A stretch of 64,000 nt of DNA from Camelus ferus (GCF_009834535.1 NC_045697.1:99636001-99700000), one strand, 5' to 3'; numbered from the stretch's first letter, positions 11,258 through 24,719 are shown. Notes: generated by a model from the letters alone, not told the origin. Made by a program: numbers and translations.

Positions 11258-14200
11258 GGTGGACACAATTACCTATTTACAGATAGCAAAGCTGAAGTCC
11301 ACAGAGGTAACCTGTCACAAGTCATATCTCCACTGAGGGAGGAGCCAGATTGAAACCTAGGCCTACTGGACCCCTCCAACCATGCTCTGACCTGTGAGCT
11401 ATCCTGCTACACGTCTAGCTAATTAAGTATATATGGGAGCATCTATAACTATATAAAAAGATAATTAACAGACAAAGGAGGAGGATGAATAATTTCTATA
11501 TGAAATAATTATGCTAAGCAATGAAAGAAGAAGAGATTGATTGTAGTGGTCAAAAAAGGCTTTGTGGGAAAAAAAGTCATTCGAATTGCTTGTACCCCCA
11601 CTCAGAGATGACAGCGCCGTCATGCTTGCTGGGTGGGTCTTAAAAGCTGGATAGAATGAGGCCAGACCAGATGAAGCATGGAGAATACTCTGAAAAGATG
11701 GGAAATGATGTGATCACAAGACTCAAAGGCAGTAATGTGCCAAGGCTGATGGAAAAAAAACCCAAGCGTTAATAGGCTGCCTTGGTTAGTTGAAAGTCAA
11801 TTAGAAGGGAAGAGAAAAAGGAGCTGCAGCTGGATGCCACCCACTTTAACAGGCTTAATCTACCAGCAGTGGTGCATGGATGTACAAAACATTCAGTGTG
11901 ATGGACTAAATATCCACAAAATATCCCCACCTAAAAGTAGCATTTAAATGCCTGGGCAAGAGGAAATGGAGAGTAAGAATCAAGTTGGAAATTTCCACTT
12001 TGACATCATGCAAGATAATCAGTTAGGCGGGGAATCTGTGACCAGCAGGGAGAACACAGACAGAAAGTTCTTTCTACTTGGACTGAACAGAGTATCAAAG
12101 GTTTGGCAGGTGGAGTTGACAACCGTTCGTTCATGTCACTGTTTCTGGGCCAGGCACTGTCTAGGTGATAGGTAGTTATAAACCGTTAGCCATGCTCATA
12201 AAACAGCATCTCTGCCATTGAAGGACTAACAGAGCAGTGAGTTCACAGTCTCTCCAGCACCAGGCAGAGCAGTGGAGGCTTCTGTGCAGCCTTGGAAAAG
12301 TGTAACGAATGGACATCCATCTGTGTGCTGAAATTCCAAGAGGCATCTGCAAAGATCCCGGCAGAACAAGTCTCCCACTATCTTTGGGGAGGGGCCCTCA
12401 CTTTGCACCATCACAGATGGGTCCAGCTCACCAGGGGGTTAGCAATGCACACTCTACTGGGTCTCACCCCCAGAGATGCTGATTCCCTGGGTGACAAAGG
12501 AAGCATCATCTTAAACCTTTGATCACTCAGTCAATTACTTATGATCAGTTAAGATTTCAGTAGCTAAAATGCACAATTGAATTTAACTAGAAAGGAAGGT
12601 CCAGGAAGGCAGAGATGTTTGTCTGTTTTGTTCACTGCTATATCCACACTGTTTGGACCATATTCTGAACTTACTAGGTCCTCCTTGAATGAAGAAATTG
12701 GACACATAGGCATGGTGGATGCAGGGGAAGGGAATAAGTCACATCAAGAAAGAACAAGAAGAAAGGGGTACTTTGGCTAAGGGAGCAGGGAGGGTATTAG
12801 TTTTGAACTTGTCTTTTACTTAAGTTCTGCTATCTTGGGGGAGAAAGTCACAGATCTTCACCCTGCAGAACTAGAATTACAGGTTAAATGGCACCTCTTA
12901 AACCACTGTTCTAAGAAGCACTGTGCTTATGGAAAAATAACCATTCAGTACCTCTCCAATCCTAAAAAGGCTCCTTTATCTGACTATTTCTAACCCTCAG
13001 CCCATGCCACGTGCAGAGAGTACCAATGCCAACATTTCCATGCTCCAGGAATTCTTTCTCAGGGTCCCATGTGCTTATACACATTCACCAGGTCAATGTG
13101 AACTCAAGTTCCGCAGTGGCCCAGGAATGCCCTGCCTCCTCCCACCTCCTCCTGGAGAGAAGACCATGCCTGCCTGAAAGCACAGTGTGACAGGAACAGA
13201 TCTTGGAAAAGATGGAAGAGAAAAATCGGGACACCTCACCAAATTAAGTAACACCTAATCAAACATCTGTAACCTGAAGGACTGCATTATCAGGTTTTTG
13301 TAAAATTCTTTTCAATGGGAAATGCTGTTTTTACTCAGTATCTATCAGGTGTGAGATTTTTCAAGCCTTTTCTTTTCCCTCTTAAATACTTATGTCCTTG
13401 AAACAATTCTCAGTTCCGGTTTGGAATCTAATTCATTCTTCTATTTAAACATTTTCTTGGGAAAGATACTATTTTCTTATACATTTCCCCCCTTTTCTTT
13501 CTCGCTCATCAATTCTACATATTTCTCCTAGTCCTCCTTCTGCTGTGGGCCAGCAATGGGGCTTCCAGAGGTAGGCAGGAAGGTAGCTGATCTCTTTAAC
13601 AGGACCAGGCAGATCACAAAATGTCTGTCAAATGAACACGTCTGCCTTAAGCTTCCCACTCTGATGGGGCTCAGTGCCGAGCTCTGATTTGCTCTAGTTA
13701 AAAAAAAAAAAAAAAATTCCGCTAATTTCACTGTCAAGATTTTGAGAAGCATTCTCATGGTTTTAAAGAGATTATTGCATAATTTGTTCATGTTTAAAGA
13801 ATTATATTGTTAAATAAATTTAGCTCTCCAGATTCTAAATGACAAAAACAAGTGAAGTTACATCATTTGAATTATGAAGTGATAATGTCTTCCAATTCTG
13901 CCCCAATCAAAAGTGTAACAGTTTAAAGCTTATAATAATCATTTCAAACATATTCAGATTATAATTACTTTTCTTCTGATAATGATAGCCCGTCTGATTG
14001 GATGATTACCTATTTGACTTTGATAAGTCTCAGAGGTCAAAAAAGGGATAATTGCAGACATCTGTTTTCTATGGAAAATATAATCTCAGAAAATAGTGTT
14101 TAAAGTGACATCTGCAAATACGTGTTTTAGAAAGAAACTCATTGCACATTTAAAATCATAGGGAAAAGAAGTAATTCCTAAGCTACTCTGTATCACACTG

Positions 14201-14749
14201 TCTTTGTAAATAGAAGAACAAGTTTAACTTACTAGTATTCATGTATGCATAAGTAATTACAAGCAGGCATGATTATATTTTGTACAGGTAGAATTAGAAA
14301 TGGAAATAAACTGTGAGAAAGGAATTTGAAGGAGTCTATAATATAAAATGATACAGAGCCTTTTTCTCTTTTGCTTAATTCAGTCTAGACATACATAGAT
14401 AGATGTAACCATTTTCCTGGGTGGTTTTTATTTGAAATTGGAGCTGGAAGATCTTGACCTTTTGATTTCTCCTTGTAGGTGACCTCCTCCAATTGTGAGA
14501 TGGCTCTTAGTGGAGGAGAAGGCTCAGTCCTGGCTGCCAAGATTCTTTCCATACAGGAGGACCCAGTTTTTCTCTCTGCAGGTGCATCGACTCCCCAGCA
14601 CTCTTAGGGAAATGCCAAGAACCCCTCCCTCCAGCCAGCAGCTGCATTCTGCAGTATAAAGGGAGAACTTTAAAAAATATTCCCTTCCACACATAGTAAA
14701 ACTTCCTTGGTTTTAATGCATTCAGTCAGTCATGCAAGCCCTGGTTATC

Positions 14750-15670
14750 ACTTTTGCCAGATTAAGATTCTTAAAATATAACTTTCACCCTAACACTTCC
14801 CTTTTCAAAAGTCTTCAATGGCTCTCCAGCTGTGTCAGAAGGAATTCCAAACTTCTCAGCAATTCAGGATCCTTCACCATCTGACCTTAACCTATTTTTC
14901 TTAATTGTTATCTTCTACATGAAACTCTCCTCTTTTGTTAAATCCAATCCACTTACCACCAAAGGGTGTTAATCTTTCTTTCCTCTAGTGTAAACTTTTG
15001 GTGATACCATTACACTTACCTAGAATTTTCTCTACATCATCTCTGCCTCTCAATCTACTGCTGTTGGCTGTTGGTTAGTTTCAGCACCTCAGGTGCACAG
15101 AACTGGATAAGTCATAATCTCTGGTTCATATCACACTATTATGACTGGTCCATGCAAGAGCTTCTTTTATATTTATTCATATGTATATGCATATGAGTAC
15201 ATATTACAGTTGTACATATTACAATGTACAATGTATAATTACAATACATATAAGTACATATTAAAATTTGACCCAAGTCTACCTTAAATCCTATCTTTCC
15301 AATAAGCTCTTCATCTGGACACATAGGGGTGATGACCTTTTCTCTCCTTTGAACTAATACAATGTTTATTAGCTGGAGTCCAGACCACCGCTTGCATGAA
15401 ACATACTGCCTACTGTCTGGTGTCATGGTTGTACCTGCTCAGGGCTGCAGCCACAGTTAGCTGTGTCCTGCTATGGAGCTCATGCTCCAGGCTTCATCCA
15501 AGCCCTGTAATAGCCCTTACCAAGTTGTTTTGTATCTTACTGGGTCTGTTTTCCCTGAAAAAGATTAAGTTCCTTAAAGCCAGACTTTATTTCTCATTCA
15601 TCTTTGCATCTCAAGTGCCAACCACAGTGCCAGACAAATAATGTTTAGCAAACAGTCATTGAGTATTTTA
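14750..15670 (+). mobile_element. L2 LINE fragments (interrupted around 15070-15330)
   Basis: aaaagtcttcaatggctctcc...ccaaacttctcagc; tail tttctcattcatctttgcatctcaagtgccaaccacagtgccagaca. Confidence 0.6.
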
Positions 15671-15859
15671 GGGAAATTAGATTATAAACTCCTGGGAAAC
15701 AGTGAAGGAGCCACAGAGTTTCAGGCAAGGATGGACCTCACGACTTGTTCTGTCTCAGTGCCTACCAAAGTACTGAGCAGATATAAGTACTCAATAAAGA
15801 CTTATTGATTGATGGGTGCGTAAATTTTTTCAGAAGATAAACAAGCCCTCTATATTAGG

Positions 15860-15971
15860 GAGGGTGTCCAACTTATCTCAGTTTTCTCCTACCTGTCCCA
15901 GTTTTAAAACAAAAAGTTCTGTCCAGGAATTACCCTGGGTCCCTGACAAACCAGGATGGTTGGTCAGCATA
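15860..15971. mobile_element. MER81-like hAT-Blackjack MITE
   Basis: agggtgtccaac...ctgtcccagttttaaaac...gtccctgacaaaccaggatggttggtcagcata; decayed TAGGGTGACCAACC TIRs. Confidence 0.8.
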
Positions 15972-17304
15972 GAGTTCTCGTGCACATACCAACAGCACAA
16001 ATGCTAATATTATTCTCCCTCCTAGTTAGAAATTTTTTTAAGGACAACTTTTACAATCTTAAGTGGAGTTTCTGTATTTTTGAAAGTGACTTTGAAAAAT
16101 TTCTTGAAGATTAGTCTAAAATTCAGGCTCTTTGAGAGCGAGTAAACTTAATTTATTCCAACTGTTGTTTACAAGTTAGTAAATTTTGTACTGTACCTGG
16201 TTTATGGTTAAATTTTTAAAATAAAAGGTAAGAAATCTCAAAAAAAATTCAGCCTCTTTGGAGTTTTTTTTTTTTTTAATGTATTGTTATTCCCTCTAGT
16301 CTAAATTAGTGAGATTTGGAAAGGCAACCAAGAGATTGCATTTCTCAGAGTGGGATTTCACTTCTGGGAGCTTAAAGAGACAGAGCTCAACACAGACTCC
16401 AGTCTGTGACTTTTGGGCCTAGCAGGGTTTGCTGCCCCTGGCACCTTCCGGTGGAGGCCACACCCCACCTAGGCTGCAAGCCCCTCCCACTTGGGGGAGG
16501 AGGCTGCTGTCAGTCACCAAGTTCCTTTCATGTAAGCCCAACCTCTTTGGATACCCTCGGAAATCTTTTATTAAATCTAAGAATTTTCGTATTCTCCACA
16601 CTGCTCCATTTTTATTCCATTCCACATCCATTGTTATTGACGGAATATTTACTTGCTATTGAAGGGAATCATGTGGGATGTACAGTCAATAATTTCATCA
16701 AGGAATAACTTATCTTTGTGCTTTTGGTGGGAAAGGGAGGGAAATCATTTCACTCAAGTAGCTTATGAGCTTTGGAAGAATATTTACAAAGAGATATTTT
16801 TAGACAAAGAGATTATTATTTTCCCATTTTAGTAGAAAAGCAGCATAAAAACAAACAGAGCCTGAAACAACACAAAATAGTAGAGACATATCCAGAGGAT
16901 GCGATTGCCATTGATTTCTGTATTAGTCACTTAAAAAATATCCACAGAGGATGCATGCTTATTTCTAGGGAGAAGTTCAAATTATTATCCTGGATATAAC
17001 TTAATGATTAGAGATCTGTTTGCTCTCTAAGGAGAGGAAGAAGGTAAAACAAATACAAAAATTTAAAACGAAACTTTAAATTTTGTCAAAGGTGACAAAA
17101 CTTCTAGAAAAACAAGTGTTTGCTACAGTGGATTCTGGAATTTTGGCACACTCACAATTCACACCATTTGCATAATTTTGTGGTTTCATTTTTGCCTCTT
17201 TTGAGATATCTATGTGAACTACATCCAGTTAGCTAAGGATATGATTCTCTCTTATACCAGGAAATTAACTGCTAGCTAACAACCATTTCCACACCCTGAC
17301 ATAA

Positions 17305-18015
17305 CCCTGGTCTTAATGGTCCTCATTTCTTACCCAGGCAACTGCAATAATTTCCCTGCATTCACTCTGCACTCCCACCCCATCTATTCATCACAATAGA
17401 CAGAGTCAATGTTCAGTTTGCATTTATGGTCATGTCACCCTCCTCTTTCTCCCCATTCTCTGCTTAAATCCCTCCTTGGGTATGAAGTACTCTGAGGTTG
17501 AAGACCAAGACCTTTATGTGGTCCTCAGGACCCTTTGTCGTTTGGTTCCACCTATCTTTCTGTCTTATCATGCATCATTCTCTCCCCTCTCCCTGCACTT
17601 CAGCCAGGCCTTCATCCCGTTCTTCACACCTGCCATGCTTTCTCTCACCACAAGGCCTTTGCACATGTTGTTGCTTCCACCTGGAACATTCTGTCTCTCC
17701 CATTCTCCACTTGGTTAAATCCTTTATTCTTTCAGAGTGTAGTTCAAGCACATGTCCTTAGAGAAATCTTCCCAGGGACCCTTACTTAGGTCAGATTTTT
17801 TTTCTGATATGTTGTCTTAAGTCCAGGTTCCTTCCTTTAAGCAAGCTAGTATGAGTACATAATCACAAATTCATTTTTGTGATTAAGTAACTTCTACTAC
17901 CAACTATATGGGCCATGAAAGCAGGAGCTTTGTTTTCTTGCTATTTCAGCCCCAGTGCTCAACAAAGTGATGGGCACATGGCAGCCACTGATCAACTGCT
18001 TGGAATTTCTTGGAA
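17305..18015 (+). mobile_element. L2 LINE 3' region
   Basis: caaggcctttgcacatgttgttgcttccacctggaac; catgaaagcaggagcttt; cccagtgctcaacaaagtgatgggcacatggcag. Confidence 0.82.
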
Positions 18016-18247
18016 GGATTGGCTTTAAGGACTAGCCTTGTATACAGGACATTCTAAATGAAGCAAGTACCAGACTTGGAAACATAAGAGGAAAATTCTA
18101 GCTCTGGTACTATTCTTTTGGCTTACTTGTTTGGTAATTGATTTGCCTTGGTTTCATGTCTATAACACAAGAATAAAAATTCCTGCTGCCACCGGGCTCA
18201 TCACAACGAATGGACCATTCTCCAGTGAGTCCATACCTCTGCACATT

Positions 18248-18885
18248 GTATTAGCTCAAACTTTGGATGCTAGTTTCGCTGCTGTTACAAAGAGTCCTAT
18301 TAAAAATACAGTGCTTCAAGGAGATAAAATCTATTTCCCTCTCACAGAACAACCCAGGTAAGCATTCCCAGGCTAGTGTGTTAGCTCAACAGTGTCAACA
18401 ACCCAGACTTCTTTTTTTTTTTAATTGAAGTCCTGTTGACTTGCAATGTTGTGTTAATTGCTGGTGTACAGCATAGTGATTCAGTCATATATATATATGT
18501 ATTTTAATTTTCATATTCTTTTTCATTATAGGTTATTACAAACTATTGAATATGGTTCCCTGTGTGGTACAGTAGGACCTTGCTGTTTATCTACTCTATA
18601 TATAGTAGTTTGTATCTACTAATCTCAAACTCCTAATTTCACCCAGGCTTCTTATATCTCCTTGCCCTTCCACCCTCAATCTATAGCTTCTATCTTGAGG
18701 TCCATGAAGGATGCTCCAGCTTTCACCACCACAGCCACATGCCAGCTTTCCAACGAAAGGGAGAAAATGGAAGGGGAGGTATTGTTACTTCCCTTTAGGG
18801 ACACGAACTGATGGTTGCACATACCAGATCCAATTTCACTCCCTTGGTAAGAGCTGGATGACAAAGGCCACACCTAATGGAAGGT
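18248..18885 (-). mobile_element. Old MLT1 (K/L-like) MaLR LTR split by an L1 fragment
   Basis: tgtattag...gctgctgttacaaa...atttccctctcaca; continuity across the TSD; atggttgcacatacc...ggccacacctaa. Confidence 0.7.
18414..18640 (-). mobile_element. Short 5'-truncated L1 3'UTR insertion
   Basis: Poly-T then ttaattgaag...; 13-bp TSD ACCCAG(A/G)CTTCTT at 18401-18413 and 18641-18653. Confidence 0.95.
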
Positions 18886-19454
18886 ATATTTTATTGTGAA
18901 ATTTTACTTACCACTGTGCTTTTCCCATTAGACTTTGAGTTTTTTGAAGTTAAGAATATTATCTTGTCCTTCTTTGTGTCTCTGCTTAGTGAGAGCCAGC
19001 TACTTAAGAGTTCCTCAGTAATTGCTTAATTAATGGAGTAAGTCAAACTTGATGTGGGCCTAGAATAACTGAATATTGGTTTGGCACATGTTTGTCAAAT
19101 GTCAATGCTTTTATAAACTCCTAGAAAGAGCTTATTAAATCTTTCTGACTTGCTCTACGTATCAGCTTTTATAACTCATCATGAAAATGAATCAGGGGTG
19201 TTTGAACTGGTGTTTAAGCCCACATACGGGCTTCAGGGAACCCATTTTTCTGGGAAGAGAGCCGATGAGATTTTGAAAATGGTTTGTAACCTGAGAATGT
19301 TTGAGAACCTCTGGTGTGAATGTGGGATTTGAGGGATCCTGATACATCTGCTGGAGTTCAGAACCAATTGAGAAATAAGGCAAAAGACTAAGGCAGATGG
19401 AGACCAAACTTTCTCCTGTATTACTACAAAGCTGATATTCAAGAATGTGGTGTA

Positions 19455-20026
19455 ACTATTTACAATAGCCAAGCCATAGAAGCTAACTAAATGTCCACTG
19501 ACAGACAGAATGGATAAAGATGTGACATAGGTATATATATAAAATGGAATACTGCTCAGCCATAAAAAAGAATGATATGATGCCATTTGCAGCAATATGG
19601 ATGGACCTGGAAATTATCAAACTAAGTGAAGTAAGTTAGAGAAAAACAAATACCATATGATATTACTAATTGTGGAATCTAAAAAAATGACACAAATGAA
19701 CTTATTTACAAAACAGAAATAGACTTATGGCCATAGAAAACAAACTTATGGTTTTCAAAGGGGAAAGGAGGGTAGAGAGGGATAAATTAGGAGTTTGGGA
19801 TTAAATATACACACTATTATATATGAAATAAATAAATAACAAGGACCTACAGTATAGTACAGGGAACTATAGTCAATATCTTGTAATACCTATAATGGAA
19901 AAGAATCCAAAAAAGAAAATACATATTTGTGTGTGTGTGTGTGTGTGTGTGTGTATCTGAATCAGTTTGCTGTATATGTGAAACTAACACAACATTGCAA
20001 ATCAACTATACTTCAATTTAAAAAAT
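19455..20026 (+). mobile_element. 5'-truncated L1 3' end with internal (TG)13
   Basis: ctatttacaatagccaag...aatcaactatacttcaatttaaaaaa; 14-bp TSD at 19441-19454 and 20027-20040. Confidence 0.96.
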
Positions 20027-21824
20027 AAGAATGTGGCATATATGTTTTGGAAGACAAATGGTCATCCAAATACTGAACACTAGATTTAAGGAAACTTACT
20101 GAAAAGCCCTGTACGTGATCAGACCATCATGTCCCCTCCCTACAAGGTGAGCGCCTTCCCTGAAGGACGCAAGCGGAGCATGCTACCAGTAGACCAACTG
20201 TACCCAAGAAAGACAGAGGAGGAAGAGGCTGGGTGGACCGATCTCTATACTGAGTGGCTCTTTCTTCCCTGGGGCAAAGTACAGAGTGAGGGTAAGGCCA
20301 GGGGTTTTATGCCATTGAGTCTCCTCCCATGGGTTTGGGGAAGAAGGGGTCTCTCCTAATAGGGAAGCTGAAAAAATATTTCTGGCATGAGACCCTGGTT
20401 TCTTCACTGGTTAAGTGAACAGGTTAGACTAGGTAGGCCCCAAATATGCGAAACAATTCCAACTATAATATTCATGGCTTAAACTTTTGGTTATTTGGGT
20501 TATGTGGGAAGTTTCCACAGGCAGTGCTGTATTTCCTGCTTTCTAGCCCCCGTCTTCATCACTTGGGTCCCAGAGAACTTGTCTCTACCTTGCAAGTCCC
20601 TCATCCAGCTAACCAGGGCTGGGAAGCGGGTAGCCTTCCCAGTATCTCCAGTTTGGGACCACTGGAGACACAGGGAATGGAACATGGGGAGTTTTGTTTA
20701 AACATTCTCTCTGCTCCCCTAATCAGCTTACTTAGAGAAAGAAGAAGAACTAGGAACTGAGAGAGTTGGAAATGAAGTCCCCTGAGCCACCAGAGAACCC
20801 CTGGGAAACTGGGGTCTCTGGGCATCTTGTTCTCTGACCTCTGTTATCCCAGTTTATAGGTGAACTATGCATTTTCCTATTTTAGGCGCTCTCTGGAATG
20901 CATCCTTTCTAAACTGTAAGGAAACTGAGTGTCCTATATGCATAAAAATAGCATCCTTAATCATCAACCGCCAATGCACTCTGCCCACCCTCCTTGAGAT
21001 GTTTCAAGAAAGCAAGCAGGGCATTCCCATGGCCTTTAGAGGGATTTTCCCTGATTTTGCAAAGCCCTGAGCAACACTGAAGCTCTATAATAATACCGAG
21101 CTACTTTTGCATTTATTCTAGTCTTAGATTTGAACATTATAATATTAGTTGTTTAAATTTTCATAGATTCCAAGGTTCAGAAGAGTTCTGGGGAAGTCAT
21201 TTAAATCCATCCTCCTGCGGGTCTCTAGGTAGGGCTGCAACTTGGCTAACAAAGACAAATGGTTTTCTATCTGATTCGGAAATGTCTCCAGGGGAAAGAC
21301 TCTGTAACCAACCACAGTAATCACAAGTTACTAACGTGAGTGTGCCCCCACCTTAAGAAAGCCTGACACGTGAAGCCTAGGTGGCAGGATAATTTATTGA
21401 GATGCTAATCTGTGCTTTGTTCTCTGTAATGATGTTAGCCAGTCCTATTTCCCTTCTCTGGGAGGTGACAGAATGTACTTGTACTGTGTTCTTATTGCTT
21501 TAGTAGACAGAGGAAGGCGCAGAGAAACGTGGTGTACGTGCCCATGCGCTAATTCCAAAGTCAGAATCCAACTCCTCAAGGAACAGTGGAAGGAGGCAGG
21601 CTTCTTAGAGGGTGCAGCACTGCCCTGGGAGACAGGAGCAAGTAGCTATGTGTTCTCAGAAAGTGCTTTTTACCTCTTTGACCTCTGTTTGCTCAACTGT
21701 AAAATGAAAGGTTGATTTAGTGACATGTAGGTACCTCCCTGCTCTTGATTCTGTGGGATTATCAGCCTCTTTAGCGCTGACTCCCCAGGACAGCTGTGGA
21801 GCATTTGCTTAAAGGCTTTTGGAC

Positions 21825-21947
21825 TAGGGTGGCCAGCTTTAGCAAAGGTATATGCAGTACTTGGAAGAAATTTATACTAAAAATTATTTGTTGTTTATCT
21901 GAAGTTCACATTTAACTGGGCATCTCATATTTTATCTGTTAATCCTA
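21825..21947. mobile_element. MER53 MITE with most of one arm deleted
   Basis: tagggtggccagctttagcaaa...ttatactaaaaattatttgttgtttatctgaagttcacatttaactgggcatc...ttttatctgttaatccta. Confidence 0.85.
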
Positions 21948-23897
21948 TTTGTGGGCACCTGTGTTTTGGGGAGACAAAAGGCTAAGGGTGGAAGAAGTTG
22001 GCTTCTGTTCATGCCTGTCGAGACTGCACCCAGTGTTCAGCAAACAAGCTTGTATATTTCCTTTCTCTGTGAGTATGCCTGCTTTATTTTTAAATTTAGA
22101 GAATGGGCATCTTGGAATGAAAACTATGCCAGCACACTTTTCTTAAAATCTTCAAAATAAATATTTAACAGGAAAAATATAAATGGGGTCTTACCCACTT
22201 TATTCAAGGTCAAAGTTTCTAAATGTGATAGAAATTAGAGACCAGATCAATGAATCCTACGGCAAGGAGAAGCCAGCTGTTCAACTGATCAAAATGATAT
22301 AAGTTCTTCCGTACCCTCTCTCCCAGGAAGGACGTGACAGGTGTTGCCAGTGGGAGTTATATTTTCCTCCTGTCCTCAAAGTTTTTACGACACAGGAAAG
22401 CAAATGGAGTCAAGGTTCCCCCTTGTCTTTTCTGTAACACTATAGGCTTTTTGATAAATGTTCCTTTGAACTTTACATGCCTTATTTTGGAATTGCGTTT
22501 AATATCACTCTATGATTTAAGGAAATCACCTGCGAATCAAGCCAACCTGATGACATGACTTGGGCTCCCTGTGATTTCTCAACACAAAACAGGTCAGGAT
22601 CTAAAATTGAATGTGGAAAGAAACAAGATTTATATTTTGTCCAATTAGTGCATATACGATCTTCGTGTAAAAGGAACATAGCCCTGGGTGAAATGACTCT
22701 TTCATTGATTTATCCCATTTTAATCAAAGTAAGGTACCAACACACGTAGGATGCAGTAACTCACAGTCTCAAGATTGAATGCTGTTAAAATTTGTGACAA
22801 ATTTTGTGTCAAATATGTCTTCATCCATAACAAGGAGGTCACTCTATTAGTGAGTAGGTCTGGACCCCAAAGTGGAAGTCCATTGTCCAATTTTAATACT
22901 TCAGTCAGTGAGAATGACTGACTCCTAATGCCATCAGTGCATCTATGTTTGAATTGAGATGAACATAAGGATGATGTGCAGTAAACAGGTACCCTTTAAA
23001 GATGCATGTGCATGTGTGTGTTTGTGTGTGCAAGAGAGAGAGAATCTGAGAGACTGAGTGAAAGGGATTCATTTATCAATGTTCAATTTTCCTCAGTGTC
23101 AGCCTGATCTCTCTCTCTTTTCATACTTCACAATCTAGAAATAGGTTTGCTTTGAGTCACAGGACATGCCCCAAACCCATCTATTTCTCTGAATTTGTTG
23201 TGTCAGGAGACTGTTCTTGCCTTGCATGCCTCGGACAGGTAAGTGGAAAGCATTTCAGGGCCACGAGAGAATGCCAGTGCGATCTGGCTGGGAAACATAT
23301 TGAGAGTAATGGTCTGGATTCAGGACCCTGCTTCTGAAATGCATTTCAAAAACAATGTAACACGCTCAAGCATTTTCTGAGGGGCAGAACTGTCCTGCAG
23401 AATAGATAAAACGGTCCAACTCCATGTAGGTAGACAAGTGTTTCAAAGAAACAATTTTGGGTGCTTGGCCTTGGCAGTGTCCTGATGCTAAGGAGGAGGT
23501 GGACAGTCTAGTGCAGGGCTGAGCCCCGGAAGCAGGGGCCGCACTGAAGGTGGAAAGAACTTGGATCAGACATGATGCTGCTTAATCAGGGTTAAAGCCT
23601 TAGTCTGTTACCAGGGAGAGGAAGAGCCAGTGAATCTGATGACATAATTGCTATTTCTCTCTCTCTTAAAAAAAGAAAAGACTGGGAAAGAAGGGAAGAT
23701 TGAGGAAGGGACAAACTTGGACTCTCTGTAGGTTATTTCTGAATAATGGATATACTTTAAATGCTTATTATAATTAATCAAATCTATGCTCTTTCAGAGC
23801 AGAAAACTAAATAGATGCATCATTAATGGCTTACTGTAAAAATAAAATCATGCAAATTTAGCACAGCTTCCTATGCATTCCAACTGCAAACTCCAAT

Positions 23898-24075
23898 GAT
23901 AATAGTTAACATCCTGAACTTTTCCTGGGTGCTTAAAGCTTTGCACATGTTAGTCTCCTCACACCACAGATGAGAAAACTGAGGTTTAGAGGATCGAAGC
24001 GAATTACTACATTTCAAAGTTTGTATGTGGTATAAACAGGATTTGAATCTCTGAGGTCTAACTCCAAAGTTGTGT
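23898..24075 (-). mobile_element. MIR SINE
   Basis: acagatgagaaaactgaggtttagagg...caggatttgaatctctgaggtctaactccaaag. Confidence 0.8.
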
Positions 24076-24719
24076 TCATACCCACTATGTTATATTTCTT
24101 CTGCCTCTGGGCAACAGACACATCCTTGCAATCAGGAACAGGTTTTTCTGAAGCAGCCAAAGGAGAGAAGAGCCAATTTAGATGATGGGAGGAAAATTGT
24201 GGCACAGCGCACCTCCATCACAAACAGGTCTTTGAAGATCCCAGGTGGCTGAACTGAAATAAACAGTGTGCTAATTGGATGCGGAGCTGGGTTTACTGCC
24301 ACAGCAGATCAGCAATGGGCCAGGGGCCTGTCCCTTGAAGACAGACTGAGGACAGAGCCAGCAGGAAAAGGGCCCTTGGTCACTGCATTGTCAGTAGGGG
24401 TCGTGAAAAACTGGGACACTTATGGGTGTCTCTAGATTTTAATTTTTGTCTTTTGGCTGATGGGGGATGCCAAGAGAAATAATATGAAAATAGGGTTTTT
24501 TCAAATTTCTGAAAAAATTTAGATGCGAATGCAGTATTTCCCTGGAAACAAAGGTTAGGTAGGGAAAAGCCATCTTCTCCTTTCCAGTGGCCTCAGAGGA
24601 TGCTGACGCTAACTACCATGTGGTAGCCCCACAGATAAGCAATACAGTGGGAAGGGCCAGAGAGACCTGGCTTTCCAGCCACGCTACTCCATGCAGGCAA
24701 GCCCCTTAAGCCCCTACAC

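Larger units (their letters stand above)
10290..11410 (-). mobile_element. MIR SINE fragmented by three later insertions
   Basis: Pieces catttattgaatgattgctatg / taagcactttac...ctcattgaatcctta / aaccctatgaggtag / ctatttacagatagcaaagctgaagtccacagaggtaacc...ggagccagattgaaacctagg. Confidence 0.75.
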
